44,395 bases of DNA from the NCBI GenBank assembly GCA_033858115.1, contig JAWVCV010000110.1:1-44395 (forward strand), read 5' to 3'. The notes beneath the pieces are model-generated. The model worked only from the letters and a program-made list of their open reading frames with translations, was not told the origin of the DNA and ran no database searches. Numbering within the stretch: position 1 is the first letter of the stretch; every line of letters begins with the position of its first letter. This document shows, piece by piece, positions 33,474 to 42,310 of this stretch. Source of the DNA: Gaiellaceae bacterium (GTDB lineage: Bacteria > Actinomycetota > Thermoleophilia > Gaiellales > Gaiellaceae). Position numbers and translations under genes: made by a program.

Positions 33474-34123
33474 GAGCGCTTCGGTCTCCGCACGACCGTC
33501 AGCGTGAGCGCCGCCAGCCCTGCGACGAGGCCGGCGATCCCGAGCGCCAGCGCGACCTTGTCCAGATCGGAGCCGCCGTCGGCGGTGTCCGTGGCCGCGG
33601 TCGTCTCCGTCGGAGCGGGCGCCGCCTCCGCGAGCTTCGCCGTCACGGTCACCCGGGGGGCAGGCGTGTCCGCGTCGGGCAGCCCGATCCAGCGAACGAC
33701 CTCGCCGTTCGAGTACGTCTGCGTCGCCGGGAACGCGAGCACGGTCTGCTTGTCCGGCACCTTCGCACTGAGGCCGAACTCGTCGAACTCCCCGGGCGCG
33801 ATCTTGCCGCCCTCCCACGTCACCGTGGCGATCCGGTCGGTGACGGTCTCGCCCTCGTCGTTCGTGACCGGCTTGGCCAGCTTCTCGGTCGTCACGGTCC
33901 GCTCCCAGCCCGGCTTCGGCTGGAAGCTGATGAAGTCCAGCCCCTCGGGGAGCCTCAGCACGATCTTCGTCGTGTCCGCGCTCGGGCGCTCGTTCGGCAC
34001 CCGAACGGCGAAGCGGGAGAAGCTGCCGGCGGGAACGCCATCCGGGTTGACGGTGATGTGCGCGCTCGCGACCGGAACGAGCACGAGCGCGCCGAGGGTG
34101 AGCAGGGTGACGGTCTTTCTCAT
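33470..34123 (-). CDS. ycnI: YcnI-family (DUF1775) copper-binding protein, membrane anchored
   Basis: It has a signal peptide ending ASA followed by HITVNP (N-terminal His after cleavage). The body is FAVRVPNE...TVTWEGGKIAPGEFDEF, with a C-terminal transmembrane helix. Its ATG shares one nucleotide with the copCD stop (TGATG). Confidence 0.85.
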   Translation of the reverse strand: MRKTVTLLTLGALVLVPVASAHITVNPDGVPAGSFSRFAVRVPNERPSADTTKIVLRLPEGLDFISFQPKPGWERTVTTEKLAKPVTNDEGETVTDRIATVTWEGGKIAPGEFDEFGLSAKVPDKQTVLAFPATQTYSNGEVVRWIGLPDADTPAPRVTVTAKLAEAAPAPTETTAATDTADGGSDLDKVALALGIAGLVAGLAALTLTVVRRPKRS

Positions 34124-35799
34124 CAGTGGGCTTCCTCTCTGATCGGGACGGAGACCGTCGCCGTCGCCGCGTCGAAGTCGCCGCGGCGAGCCTCCACGCG
34201 CAGCTGCCAGTCGCCGGCGAGCGCCAGTTGGGCGCGGGTGACGACGAAGTGGCCGGGTCCGGCGCGGTGCGCGCGCAGGCGCAGCGGGCCGATCTCGCGG
34301 CTGGCGAGCGTCGCCGAGACGGAGGCCTCGTCGACGTCGGTCGGTTGTCCAGTGTGATGGCTTGTGAGATAGAGGTGGATCTGGTTGCGGCCCGCCGCCG
34401 CCGGGTCGACGACGAGGTTCAGCTCGAGGTCGCCCAGCGGTGCGGTGGTGGCGTACGGGCCCGTCGGTGCGACCTGCGCTCGCGCCGGCGGCTCCGACAC
34501 GAGTACCGCCGTGACGCTGACGATGGCCACCATCAGCGCGAGCTCCGCGCCGGCTGTGCGGAGGAAGCGGGTCCGTTCGCCCACCGAGGCGAGGCCCTCA
34601 CGCAGCCGCGGCACCGCCCAGCGGTTGTTGTAGAGGCCGAGCGCGAGCAACGGCAGCACGAGGGCGAGCTTGGCGAGCAGGAGCTGGCCGTAGGTGGTCT
34701 CCCAGAGCCCGCGCAGCGCCCTGACCTGCAGGTAGCCGCTGGTCGTGCCGCTGGCGATCAACCACGAGACCGCGACGACGGCGAGCCCGGAGAATCGCGG
34801 CACGGCGCTGACGGCGAGCTCCCACCGCTCCGCTCCCGCCCACGCGAGGGCAAGGACGAGGGCGGCGAGGCCACCGACCCAGACCGCGGCGGCTGTGACG
34901 TGCGCGACGTCGGCAACGAGCGCGATCCTGCCGGAGACACTGGCATGGCCCGAGGCCGACGGTGTCAGCAGCAGGAGCGCGGCCGGGACGAGCGCCGTCC
35001 AGCCGAGCGCCTCGACCCGCCGGCCTGCGACGAGCAGCGTGGCGCACGCGACCGCGAGCCCCGCCTGCAGCAACCAGACCGTGCCGAACCGCGTCCCGAG
35101 CACCGCGGAGACGATGTCCCAGTGGAACGCCTCGCGGACGCCGAAGCCACCGGCCGCCGCGCCCTGGAGCACGACGCCCGCCAGCGCGACCACCGCGAGC
35201 AGCAACGCCGTTCCCCCGAGCAGCCGCGACAAGCGCGACCGCGTCCTCGCCGAGGCGCTGCCCAGCCCCACCGTGAGCATCAGCGTGCCCCCGCCGACGA
35301 CGAGGAGAAACAGGAAGTCGAGCGCTCGCACGACCGAGAACAGCACCGACACGGCCGCCGGGGTCCCGCCCCCGAGCACCTGCGCTGCGATCCCCGCCGG
35401 GTTGGCGCCCGGGGCTCCGACATGGAAGACGAAAGCCCCCGAGACCGGATGGCCGTCAGCCGAGACAGCACGCCAGGTGGCCGTGTACGTGCCTCGTGCC
35501 AACCGGCCATCGAGACCGATACGAGCCTCCGTGCTCCGGGGCCGCTCGATCTTGCCCGCGTCGACTCGATGCGCCCTCGCGTCGTAGACGCGAATCGCGC
35601 CGAACGCCGTCTCCACGGGCTCGTCGAACCGGAGCAGGACGAATCCCGGGCTCTGCTCGAGCACCGCATCGTTCGCCGGCGTTGTCGTGATCAGCCGCGC
35701 GTGCGCGCCCGCGGCCGGCGCCAGCGCGAGCACCACCAGGCAGGCGGCGACCGCGACCGGCGCCAACCGGCGCGAACGGCGGCTCGGGTGATCGACCAT
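34123..35799 (-). CDS. CopC-CopD fusion copper resistance/uptake membrane protein (YcnJ-like)
   Basis: It has a signal peptide, then the CopC domain AHARLITTTPANDAVL...YTATWRAVSADGHPVSGAFVFHVG. This is followed by about 8 transmembrane helices (CopD) and a C-terminal Ig-like domain. Confidence 0.85.
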   Translation of the reverse strand: MVDHPSRRSRRLAPVAVAACLVVLALAPAAGAHARLITTTPANDAVLEQSPGFVLLRFDEPVETAFGAIRVYDARAHRVDAGKIERPRSTEARIGLDGRLARGTYTATWRAVSADGHPVSGAFVFHVGAPGANPAGIAAQVLGGGTPAAVSVLFSVVRALDFLFLLVVGGGTLMLTVGLGSASARTRSRLSRLLGGTALLLAVVALAGVVLQGAAAGGFGVREAFHWDIVSAVLGTRFGTVWLLQAGLAVACATLLVAGRRVEALGWTALVPAALLLLTPSASGHASVSGRIALVADVAHVTAAAVWVGGLAALVLALAWAGAERWELAVSAVPRFSGLAVVAVSWLIASGTTSGYLQVRALRGLWETTYGQLLLAKLALVLPLLALGLYNNRWAVPRLREGLASVGERTRFLRTAGAELALMVAIVSVTAVLVSEPPARAQVAPTGPYATTAPLGDLELNLVVDPAAAGRNQIHLYLTSHHTGQPTDVDEASVSATLASREIGPLRLRAHRAGPGHFVVTRAQLALAGDWQLRVEARRGDFDAATATVSVPIREEAH

Positions 35800-35843
35800 C
35801 TCTCCTCGCTTCGATCAGCGGCCGGGCTCGGCCGTGTGCTGGT

Positions 35844-36434
35844 CTAGGCGAGGAGCGGCGGGCCGCGGCCGGCGTGGCCGCCGGCGAGAACTGCCAGTCG
35901 CGGTAGATCGACGGAGAGCCAGGTGAGGAACGTGATCGCGAGCGCGCGTGGCCGCGGCCGGTGCGCGCCCCTGAGGGCTTGCCCGACTCGCTCGGCGGCC
36001 GTTGCGAGCGCAAAGCCGATCGCCGCCGCCAGGAGCGAGAACGGCAGCTGCGTCGCAAGCCCGAGCAGGAACGGCGCCGACGCAACGAGCCCCCAGTGCA
36101 CGTGCCCGGCGTGCGCATAACGCTCGAGCAGCTCCTGCAGCACGAAGGCGCAGGGTGGCAGCGCCGCGACGAGGCCGAGGTGCGGACGGCGGCCGATGGT
36201 GGGCTCACGACGGACGGCAGCGAGCACCATCGCGACGAACCCGAGCGCGGCGATCGCGGTGCACAGCGCGATCGCCAGCGGTGCGTACGCCAGGTACCCG
36301 TGCCCGCTCGAGGCGAGGACGTGCGCGCGCTCGTGGGCGTCCGGCACCGCTGCCCAGTAGCCCACCGAATGACCGGCGAGCGTGCCGATCACCGCGAGCG
36401 GCATCGCGATCAGCCACGGGAGGCGAAGCCTCAT
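35844..36434 (-). CDS. Hypothetical His-rich integral membrane protein
   Basis: This is the tail of listed ORF 35844..36686, starting at ATG 36434. It has about 5 transmembrane helices and His clusters (GHSVGYW, HERAH, SSGHGY, YAHAGHVHWG). Confidence 0.45.
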   Translation of the reverse strand: MRLRLPWLIAMPLAVIGTLAGHSVGYWAAVPDAHERAHVLASSGHGYLAYAPLAIALCTAIAALGFVAMVLAAVRREPTIGRRPHLGLVAALPPCAFVLQELLERYAHAGHVHWGLVASAPFLLGLATQLPFSLLAAAIGFALATAAERVGQALRGAHRPRPRALAITFLTWLSVDLPRLAVLAGGHAGRGPPLLA

Positions 36435-36462
36435 GGACCCATCGTGACAGATCGGCGGCGGC

Positions 36463-37521
36463 CTAGGGCGTCCCCTGGACGAGCACGAGGCGGTCGCGAT
36501 GGACGGCCTCCACGTTCGGCGGCCGTCCGGCCAGCTCGCCCGCGTCGACAGCGCTGATCCCGCGGGCGAACGGAACGCCGTCGGCGCCGACGATCTCCAC
36601 TCCGTCGCCGGCGCGGAAGTCCGGTTCCCACCCCACCACCCCGACGGCGAGCAGGCTCGCGCCACCCACCACCGCCCGTTTCGCACCCTCGTCGACGACG
36701 AGCCGCGCTGCGATCCGCTTGCCGAAGCGGAGCCAGAGCTTGTACGCGGACGCCGAGTCCGACCCCGGTGCGGCGGCGAAGCGGGTGCCCCGCGCCTCCC
36801 CGGCGAGCAGCGGCCCGAGCACGGAGCCGCCCGCGCCGCCGGCGATCACCGTCGGGATGCCGGCGGCCGCGGCGAGCTCGGCGGCCCGAACCTTGCTCTC
36901 CATCCCGCCACGGCCGAGTGCGGAGCCGGCGCCGAAGGCCGCACCGCGCGCCGCAGAGCCCTCGCTGATCAGTGTTGCCCCAGGCGTGCCGGGCGCGTGC
37001 GTATGCACGCCCTCGACGGACGTCAGCAGGACCAGCAGCCGCGCCCCGACGAGCACGGCGACCTGGGCGGCGAGCGAGTCGTTGTCGCCGAAGCTGATCT
37101 CGTCGGTCGCCGTCGCGTCGTTCTCGTTCACGACCGGGACGGCGCCGAGCGCGAAGAGGGCGTCGAGCGCGCCGCGTGCGTTCACGTAGGCCCGCCGGTC
37201 GGCAATCTCGCTGCCGGTGAGCAGCACCTGGGCGGCCCGGATGCCGTTGCGCGCAAAGACCTCCTCCCAGGCGCGCTGGAGCCGGGACTGCCCGAGGGCG
37301 GAAGCGGCCTGCATGCGCGGCAGCGCCCGCGGGCGCTCGCTCAGCCCCATCAGCGGCAGACCGAGCGCGATCGCGCCGGAGGAAACGACGCAGACCGGCG
37401 TCCCGGCGCCGACGAGCTCGGCGATCTCCGCCGCACGCGCGCGCAGGAGCTCGCGACGCACACGGCCGCGCCCGTCGGCGACGAGGGCCGACCCGAACTT
37501 GACCACGAGAGGACGCTTCAA
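36463..37521 (-). CDS. proB: Glutamate 5-kinase with a C-terminal PUA domain
   Basis: This is the last 352 codons of the listed 1271-aa ORF. TTG 37521 forms a TTGA overlap with the proA stop. The sequence is LVVKFGSALV...VVSSGAIALG...VNENDATATDEISFGDNDSLAA. Confidence 0.9.
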   Translation of the reverse strand: MKRPLVVKFGSALVADGRGRVRRELLRARAAEIAELVGAGTPVCVVSSGAIALGLPLMGLSERPRALPRMQAASALGQSRLQRAWEEVFARNGIRAAQVLLTGSEIADRRAYVNARGALDALFALGAVPVVNENDATATDEISFGDNDSLAAQVAVLVGARLLVLLTSVEGVHTHAPGTPGATLISEGSAARGAAFGAGSALGRGGMESKVRAAELAAAAGIPTVIAGGAGGSVLGPLLAGEARGTRFAAAPGSDSASAYKLWLRFGKRIAARLVVDEGAKRAVVGGASLLAVGVVGWEPDFRAGDGVEIVGADGVPFARGISAVDAGELAGRPPNVEAVHRDRLVLVQGTP

Positions 37522-38780
37522 CGGCGTTGCGTGCCGTCGCCGACGACGCGGTACTGGCGGAGCCAGAGATCCCGATAGGTGACAGGCCCGCGCGGGCCGG
37601 GCACCCAGTCGACGTTGATGCCGGTCTCGGGCGCGCCGGTGAGGGCAAAGCCGTCCGTGAACCTCGTCGGCGCCTGCCAGAAACCGGCCGTCCCGCGATA
37701 GCGATCGAGGAAGAGCTCTGCGACGGCCCGGTCCTCCGCGACGATCGTCGCCGCGAGCGCAGAGGTCTCGCCGTTCGCGATCGCAACGGCTTCCTCGGGG
37801 CCGTCGACGACGTCGACCGAGACGGTGGCCACTCGTTCGGCGTCGTTCGCCCACTCGTGCCCCAGGCGAACGTCGAGCGGCGCCATGTCGGCGTGGACGC
37901 AGGCCCGCTCGGTGCCTCGCGGCTCCACCCCAAGCCCCGCGAGGAGCGGCACGACCCGCGTGAGAACCTCCGCGGCCCCCGCACGGTCGACGAGCAGGAG
38001 GTTGAGCCTGTTGCAGACGCCCAGCCGGTCGAGGCTCGCCTCGATGATCGCCTCGACCTTGTGTGGGTCGGCCGACTCGGCGACGTAGAGGACGCCGCCG
38101 CCCTCCGCGTGGGCAAGCGTCCGGACGCCCTGCTCCGCCGCGTGCCGCGCGAGCGCCGCAGTCGTCTCGCCGCTCCCCCGCAAGATCACGAGCGGCACGA
38201 GCCGCGGCAGCGAGACGAGCACTCGAGCCCCCTCGCGGTCCGGCGAGCGCACGAGCCCGATCGCCTCCGGCGGCAGGCCCGCCTCCGCGAGCGCCGGGCG
38301 CAGCACCTCGTCGACGAGGGCGGTGACGGTGCGGAGCGCCGCGCCGCCGGTGCGCAGCACGGCGCCGTTCAGGCTCTTCAGCAGCTGTCCGGCGACGTCG
38401 ACCGCGACGTTCGGCCGGGCCTCGAAGTTCGCGCCGACGACGCCGATCGGAATCCGGCGCTCCGAGACGTCGAGCCCGTTCGAGAGCCTCCAGGAGCCGA
38501 TCTCGCGCTCGAGCGGCGGCAGGGCGGCAAGGTCGCGCAGTTGCGACCCGATCGCCTCGAGCCTTGGCCCGTCCAGGCGCAGCCGGTCGAGCGCCCCGGC
38601 ATCGAGGTCGGCGCCGCCGGCGAAGTCGGCGTCGTTCGCCGCCAGGATCGAGTCCCGGCGCGCGGTGACGCGTTCGGCCGCGATCGAGAGCGCCGCCGTG
38701 ACGAGCGCGTCGGCAAGTCGCGGCACTGCTTCGTGCGCCGCCGCAGCCTCGTGCGCGACCGATTCGTGGAGGGAGGGCAT
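37518..38780 (-). CDS. proA: Gamma-glutamyl phosphate reductase
   Basis: 420-aa ORF with IPIGVVGANFEARPNV, LRGSGET, VCNRLNLLLV and GFALTGAPETGI. Confidence 0.9.
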   Translation of the reverse strand: MPSLHESVAHEAAAAHEAVPRLADALVTAALSIAAERVTARRDSILAANDADFAGGADLDAGALDRLRLDGPRLEAIGSQLRDLAALPPLEREIGSWRLSNGLDVSERRIPIGVVGANFEARPNVAVDVAGQLLKSLNGAVLRTGGAALRTVTALVDEVLRPALAEAGLPPEAIGLVRSPDREGARVLVSLPRLVPLVILRGSGETTAALARHAAEQGVRTLAHAEGGGVLYVAESADPHKVEAIIEASLDRLGVCNRLNLLLVDRAGAAEVLTRVVPLLAGLGVEPRGTERACVHADMAPLDVRLGHEWANDAERVATVSVDVVDGPEEAVAIANGETSALAATIVAEDRAVAELFLDRYRGTAGFWQAPTRFTDGFALTGAPETGINVDWVPGPRGPVTYRDLWLRQYRVVGDGTQRR

Positions 38781-38826
38781 CCCGTGAGCCTGCCAGATTC
38801 GGCGGGCGCCGTCCTACACTCGTCGG

Positions 38827-41193
38827 GTGGACCAGAACGCCCTCATCGCGCTCGAGTACCCCGCGATCGCCGAGCGGCTGGCGCGTGCCGCGGCGACCGA
38901 GCACGGCGTGGAGCTCGCGCGCTCGCTTGCGCCGTCTCCCGATCCGGAAGAGGTGGCGTACCGCCAGGAGCTGACGGCGGAGGCGATCGGACTGCTCGAC
39001 ACCGCCGAGGAGCCTCCGCTCGACGGCATCCACGACATCCGCGAGGCGACAGCCCAAGCGGCGCGCGGCGGCGCGCTCCCGGCCGGCGCGCTGCGGGCCG
39101 TCGCCGACACCGTCGGCGGCGCGGTGCGGGCGCGCGCGGCACTCGACGGCCACGAAGGCGCGGCGCAGCTCCGCGGGCTCGCCGCGGGGATCGACCTGAG
39201 CCTCGCGCCGCTCGTGAAGTCGATCGACCGCGCGGTCGAGCCGGACGGCTCGGATCTGAAGGACAACGCCTCGCCCCGGCTCCGCAAGCTGCGGGTCGAG
39301 CTCCGCACCGGCCGACAGCGCGTGGCCGAGAAGCTCGAGCAGCTGGTGCGCAAGACGGGCGTTCGCGAGCACCTGCAGGAGGACTTCGTCACCCAGAGAG
39401 CCGGGCGGCCGGTGCTCGCGGTCAAGGCGAGCTCGCGGAGCAGCGTGCCGGGGATCGTCCACGACTCCTCCGACTCCGGCCAGACCCTTTTCGTGGAGCC
39501 GTTCGACGTGGTCGACCTCAACAACCGGCAGTCGGAAGCCGCGGGGGCCGAGCGCGAGGAGGTCGAGCGGATCCTGCGCGAGCTCTCGGCCGCTGTCGGC
39601 GAGCGCGCCGGAGCGCTCGACGCACTCGTGGCCGCAACCGCCCAGATCGACCTGGCCCTTGCGCGCGGCATCGTCTCGCGCGGCTGGCGCGGAGCGCCGG
39701 TACAGGTCTCGGACGAGGTCCGGCTGGTTGCAGCGAGGCATCCTCTGCTCGACGCGGGTACGGCGGTCCCCATCGACCTGGAGCTCGGCGACCTGCGCGC
39801 CCTCGTGATCAGCGGGCCCAACACCGGCGGCAAGACCGTGGCCCTGAAGACGCTCGGCCTGGCCGCTCTGCTCCACCAGTCCGGATTGCGGCCGCCGGCG
39901 GAGACTGCCGCGCTGCCCATTTTCGACGAGGTGCTCGCCGACATCGGCGACGCGCAGTCGATCGAGATGAGCCTGTCGACCTTCTCCGGGCACATCGCCA
40001 ACCTCGTCGCGATCCTGGGGGCGGCACGCGAGCGCTCGCTCGTCCTCGTCGACGAGCTGGCGTCCGGAACAGATCCCGTCGAGGGTTCGGCGCTGGCGCA
40101 GGCGCTGCTGGCGAGGCTCGCGGAGCAGGCGCGACTCACAGTCGTGACGACGCACTACCCCGAGTTGAAGGAGTGGGCGAGCGCGACCGCGGGCGTCGCC
40201 AATGCCGCGACCGGATTCGACCCGGACACGCACGCGGCGCTCTACCGGATCGCTCTGGGGCGACCGGGCACGTCGCACGCGCTGCAGGTCGCGGAGCGGC
40301 TCGGCCTCGACGCCGCTGTGGTCGCGGACGCGCGCGGCCGCGTGGCGCCGGAGCGCCTGCAGATCGAGGAGCTCCTGGCGGAAGCGCAGGCGGCCGAGCG
40401 GACGGCGGCCGCGGAGCGCGAGGAGGCGATCCGCGAGCGCGAGGATGCGGCGGAGCTCGCCGAAGCCGGGCGCGGCCGCAAGGCCGAGCTGGAGGCGGAG
40501 ATCGGCGCCGTCCGCGAGTCGGCGGCGGCCGAGCGCGAGCGGGCGGCCGCAGAGGCCCGCCGTGACCTCGCTTCAGCTCGCGAGGAGCTGGCCGCCCTCC
40601 GCCAGGAGATCCGAATCGCCAGGCGCAGGGATCGAGAGGCGAGCCGCGCAGCCCCCGCTGCCGCCCGCGAGCGCGACCGCCGGCTGGGCGCGGCATCCGA
40701 GCGCGCAGCGCGCGTCGAGAGTGCGATCGGCGCACTCGACGAGCCGCTGCCGGTGACGGGCCCGCTCGCGGCAGGGGATCCGGTCGAAGCCCCTTCGCTC
40801 GGAGTGCACGGCACGATCGCGGCGATCGAGGGCGACGAGGCCGAGGTGGTCGGCCCGGCCGGCCACCGGTTGCGCGTCCCGCTCGCGCGCCTTCAACCCT
40901 CGGCGCGACGCGAACAGGAGCCGGAGGCGCCCGTCACCGTTGTCGCGGCCGCACGCGGCGACGTCAGCGACGAGCTCGACGTGCGCGGGCAGCGCGCGCA
41001 GGAGGCGCGGGAGGCGGTTCGCGCCTTCGTCGACGACGCCGCGCTGGCAGGCCTCACGACTGTTCGCGTCGTCCACGGCCGCGGCACCGGCGCGGTGCGC
41101 GCCGCGGTCCGCGACGAGCTCGTGTCGCACCCGCTGGTCGGCAGCCATGAGAGCGACTCCGCCGACGGCGCCACCCTCGTGCAGCTCGGCTAG
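38827..41193 (+). CDS. mutS2: MutS2 family protein (MutS ATPase plus C-terminal Smr nuclease domain)
   Basis: 788-aa ORF with the Walker A motif GPNTGGKTVALKT and DELASGTDP, a long Ala/Glu/Arg coiled-coil, and a C-terminal Smr domain LDVRGQRAQEA...VRVVHGRGTGAVR. Confidence 0.92.
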   Translation: MDQNALIALEYPAIAERLARAAATEHGVELARSLAPSPDPEEVAYRQELTAEAIGLLDTAEEPPLDGIHDIREATAQAARGGALPAGALRAVADTVGGAVRARAALDGHEGAAQLRGLAAGIDLSLAPLVKSIDRAVEPDGSDLKDNASPRLRKLRVELRTGRQRVAEKLEQLVRKTGVREHLQEDFVTQRAGRPVLAVKASSRSSVPGIVHDSSDSGQTLFVEPFDVVDLNNRQSEAAGAEREEVERILRELSAAVGERAGALDALVAATAQIDLALARGIVSRGWRGAPVQVSDEVRLVAARHPLLDAGTAVPIDLELGDLRALVISGPNTGGKTVALKTLGLAALLHQSGLRPPAETAALPIFDEVLADIGDAQSIEMSLSTFSGHIANLVAILGAARERSLVLVDELASGTDPVEGSALAQALLARLAEQARLTVVTTHYPELKEWASATAGVANAATGFDPDTHAALYRIALGRPGTSHALQVAERLGLDAAVVADARGRVAPERLQIEELLAEAQAAERTAAAEREEAIREREDAAELAEAGRGRKAELEAEIGAVRESAAAERERAAAEARRDLASAREELAALRQEIRIARRRDREASRAAPAAARERDRRLGAASERAARVESAIGALDEPLPVTGPLAAGDPVEAPSLGVHGTIAAIEGDEAEVVGPAGHRLRVPLARLQPSARREQEPEAPVTVVAAARGDVSDELDVRGQRAQEAREAVRAFVDDAALAGLTTVRVVHGRGTGAVRAAVRDELVSHPLVGSHESDSADGATLVQLG

Positions 41194-41819
41194 AGCGTCT
41201 CCTCGACGACCTTCGCGGCGTAAAGCTGGTATGGCAGCGCCTCGAGCACGCGCAGACGCGGCTCGGGGACGTCGAAGAACCGCTCGAGCGCAAGCGGCTC
41301 CAGCCAGCCGAGATCGGCGCGCGACGCCAGCGTCCGCGAGACGGCGGAGCGGTCGCCGCCGAGCGCGACGTGCGCGACGCGGTGGCGCCAGGGGCCGAGC
41401 ACGCGCGCCGCCTCCCCAGCGGCCGCGTCGATGAGCTCACGCTCCTGCTCGGTGCGGCGGCGGCGGAAGCGGTTCGCCGACGAGCCGCCCTTCTTGTGGC
41501 GACCCTTGACGAAGCGGGAGCCGACCTTCGACGCGACGAGCCGCTCGCCCTCGAAGACGCCCACCGCGAATCCGCCCAGCCGCACGAGCACGACGGCGAC
41601 GATCGGCTCGGCTGCCAGGGCGTCGAGCAGCGGCCCGGCGCGCACCACCTCGTATGCGCCGACGTGGTCGAGACCGAACGGAGGGGTGATCGTGAGAGCA
41701 CTCTCGTCGAGCTCGATGCGGGCACTGCCGTCCCGATAGCTGACACGCCCGGTCGCGCCCTCGAGCGCCTGCAGCCGCTTTGCGAGGTTGGCGCGGCCGA
41801 TATAGCGGGTGTCGCTCAC
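41190..41819 (-). CDS. acVLRF1-like (Vms1/ANKZF1-related, eRF1-fold) putative peptidyl-tRNA hydrolase
   Basis: 209-aa ORF. VVLVRLGGFAVGVFEGERLVASKVGSRFVKGRHKKGGSSANRFRRRR matches my recollection of the actinobacterial VLRF1 core (beta-strands followed by a basic GG-S-x-x-RF-RRR loop). The family call was not verified by search. Confidence 0.55.
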   Translation of the reverse strand: MSDTRYIGRANLAKRLQALEGATGRVSYRDGSARIELDESALTITPPFGLDHVGAYEVVRAGPLLDALAAEPIVAVVLVRLGGFAVGVFEGERLVASKVGSRFVKGRHKKGGSSANRFRRRRTEQERELIDAAAGEAARVLGPWRHRVAHVALGGDRSAVSRTLASRADLGWLEPLALERFFDVPEPRLRVLEALPYQLYAAKVVEETL

Positions 41820-41857
41820 AGCGACACGGTACGGCTGCGAGTGGCCACAATGGCGCG

Positions 41858-42301
41858 ATGGCGACTGCCCCGACCAGGCTCGGCGGGTTCGCGCTCGTGC
41901 TGCTCGCGCTCCTCGCCGGGTGCGGCGGCGGCAACTCCCGGGAGAACTTCGTCACCGACGCACTGGCCATCTGCGGAAAGGCCAACGAGCGCGTGCGGGC
42001 TCTGGGCACACCCGAGTCGTTCACCCAGACGCAGCTCTACGCCCGCCAGGCGAAGGATGCGGTTGGCGACGAGCTCGACGACCTGCGCGACCTGACCCCG
42101 CCGCCCGAATTCGAGGACGCCTTCGCCGCGTATCTGCAGACGCTCGAGCGGCGGCACACCCAGCTCGGCCTCCTCGCAGGGGCAGCCGACAACACCGACA
42201 TCAACGCCGTCCGTGAGGTCGGCAGCGAGCTGAGCGTGCTGACGGCGAAGGCGCGAACGCAGGCCCGGCGAGCCGGCATCGAAGAGTGTGAGCCCCGCTA
42301 G
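41858..42301 (+). CDS. Lipoprotein, hypothetical (paralog 1, 147 aa)
   Basis: This is the tail of listed ORF 41780..42301, starting at ATG 41858. It has the lipobox LLAGC and conserved Cys residues in AICGKANERVRALG and the C-terminal GIEECEPR. Confidence 0.65.
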   Translation: MATAPTRLGGFALVLLALLAGCGGGNSRENFVTDALAICGKANERVRALGTPESFTQTQLYARQAKDAVGDELDDLRDLTPPPEFEDAFAAYLQTLERRHTQLGLLAGAADNTDINAVREVGSELSVLTAKARTQARRAGIEECEPR

Positions 42302-42310
42302 GCTGCGCGC

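Noticed and set aside
36463-38780. proA upstream of proB (reverse of the common proBA order) as a rearrangement signal
   Set aside because: The genes are intact and translationally coupled (TTGA overlap). Gene order variation alone is not evidence of anything unusual.
36463-40278. Listed 1271-aa minus-strand ORF, which would be a giant novel protein
   Set aside because: Only the last 352 codons (proB) look like real protein. The remainder is Arg/Ala/Gly/Pro-rich low-complexity sequence running out of frame through proA and antisense to mutS2. This is a stop-codon-poor shadow frame typical of very high GC.
40350-40720. Repetitive-looking GCC/GAG/CGC-rich stretch that might be a tandem repeat or array
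   Set aside because: It translates in the mutS2 frame as a continuous Ala/Glu/Arg coiled-coil linker. There is no regular unit length and no spacer structure, so it is not a CRISPR array or tandem DNA repeat.
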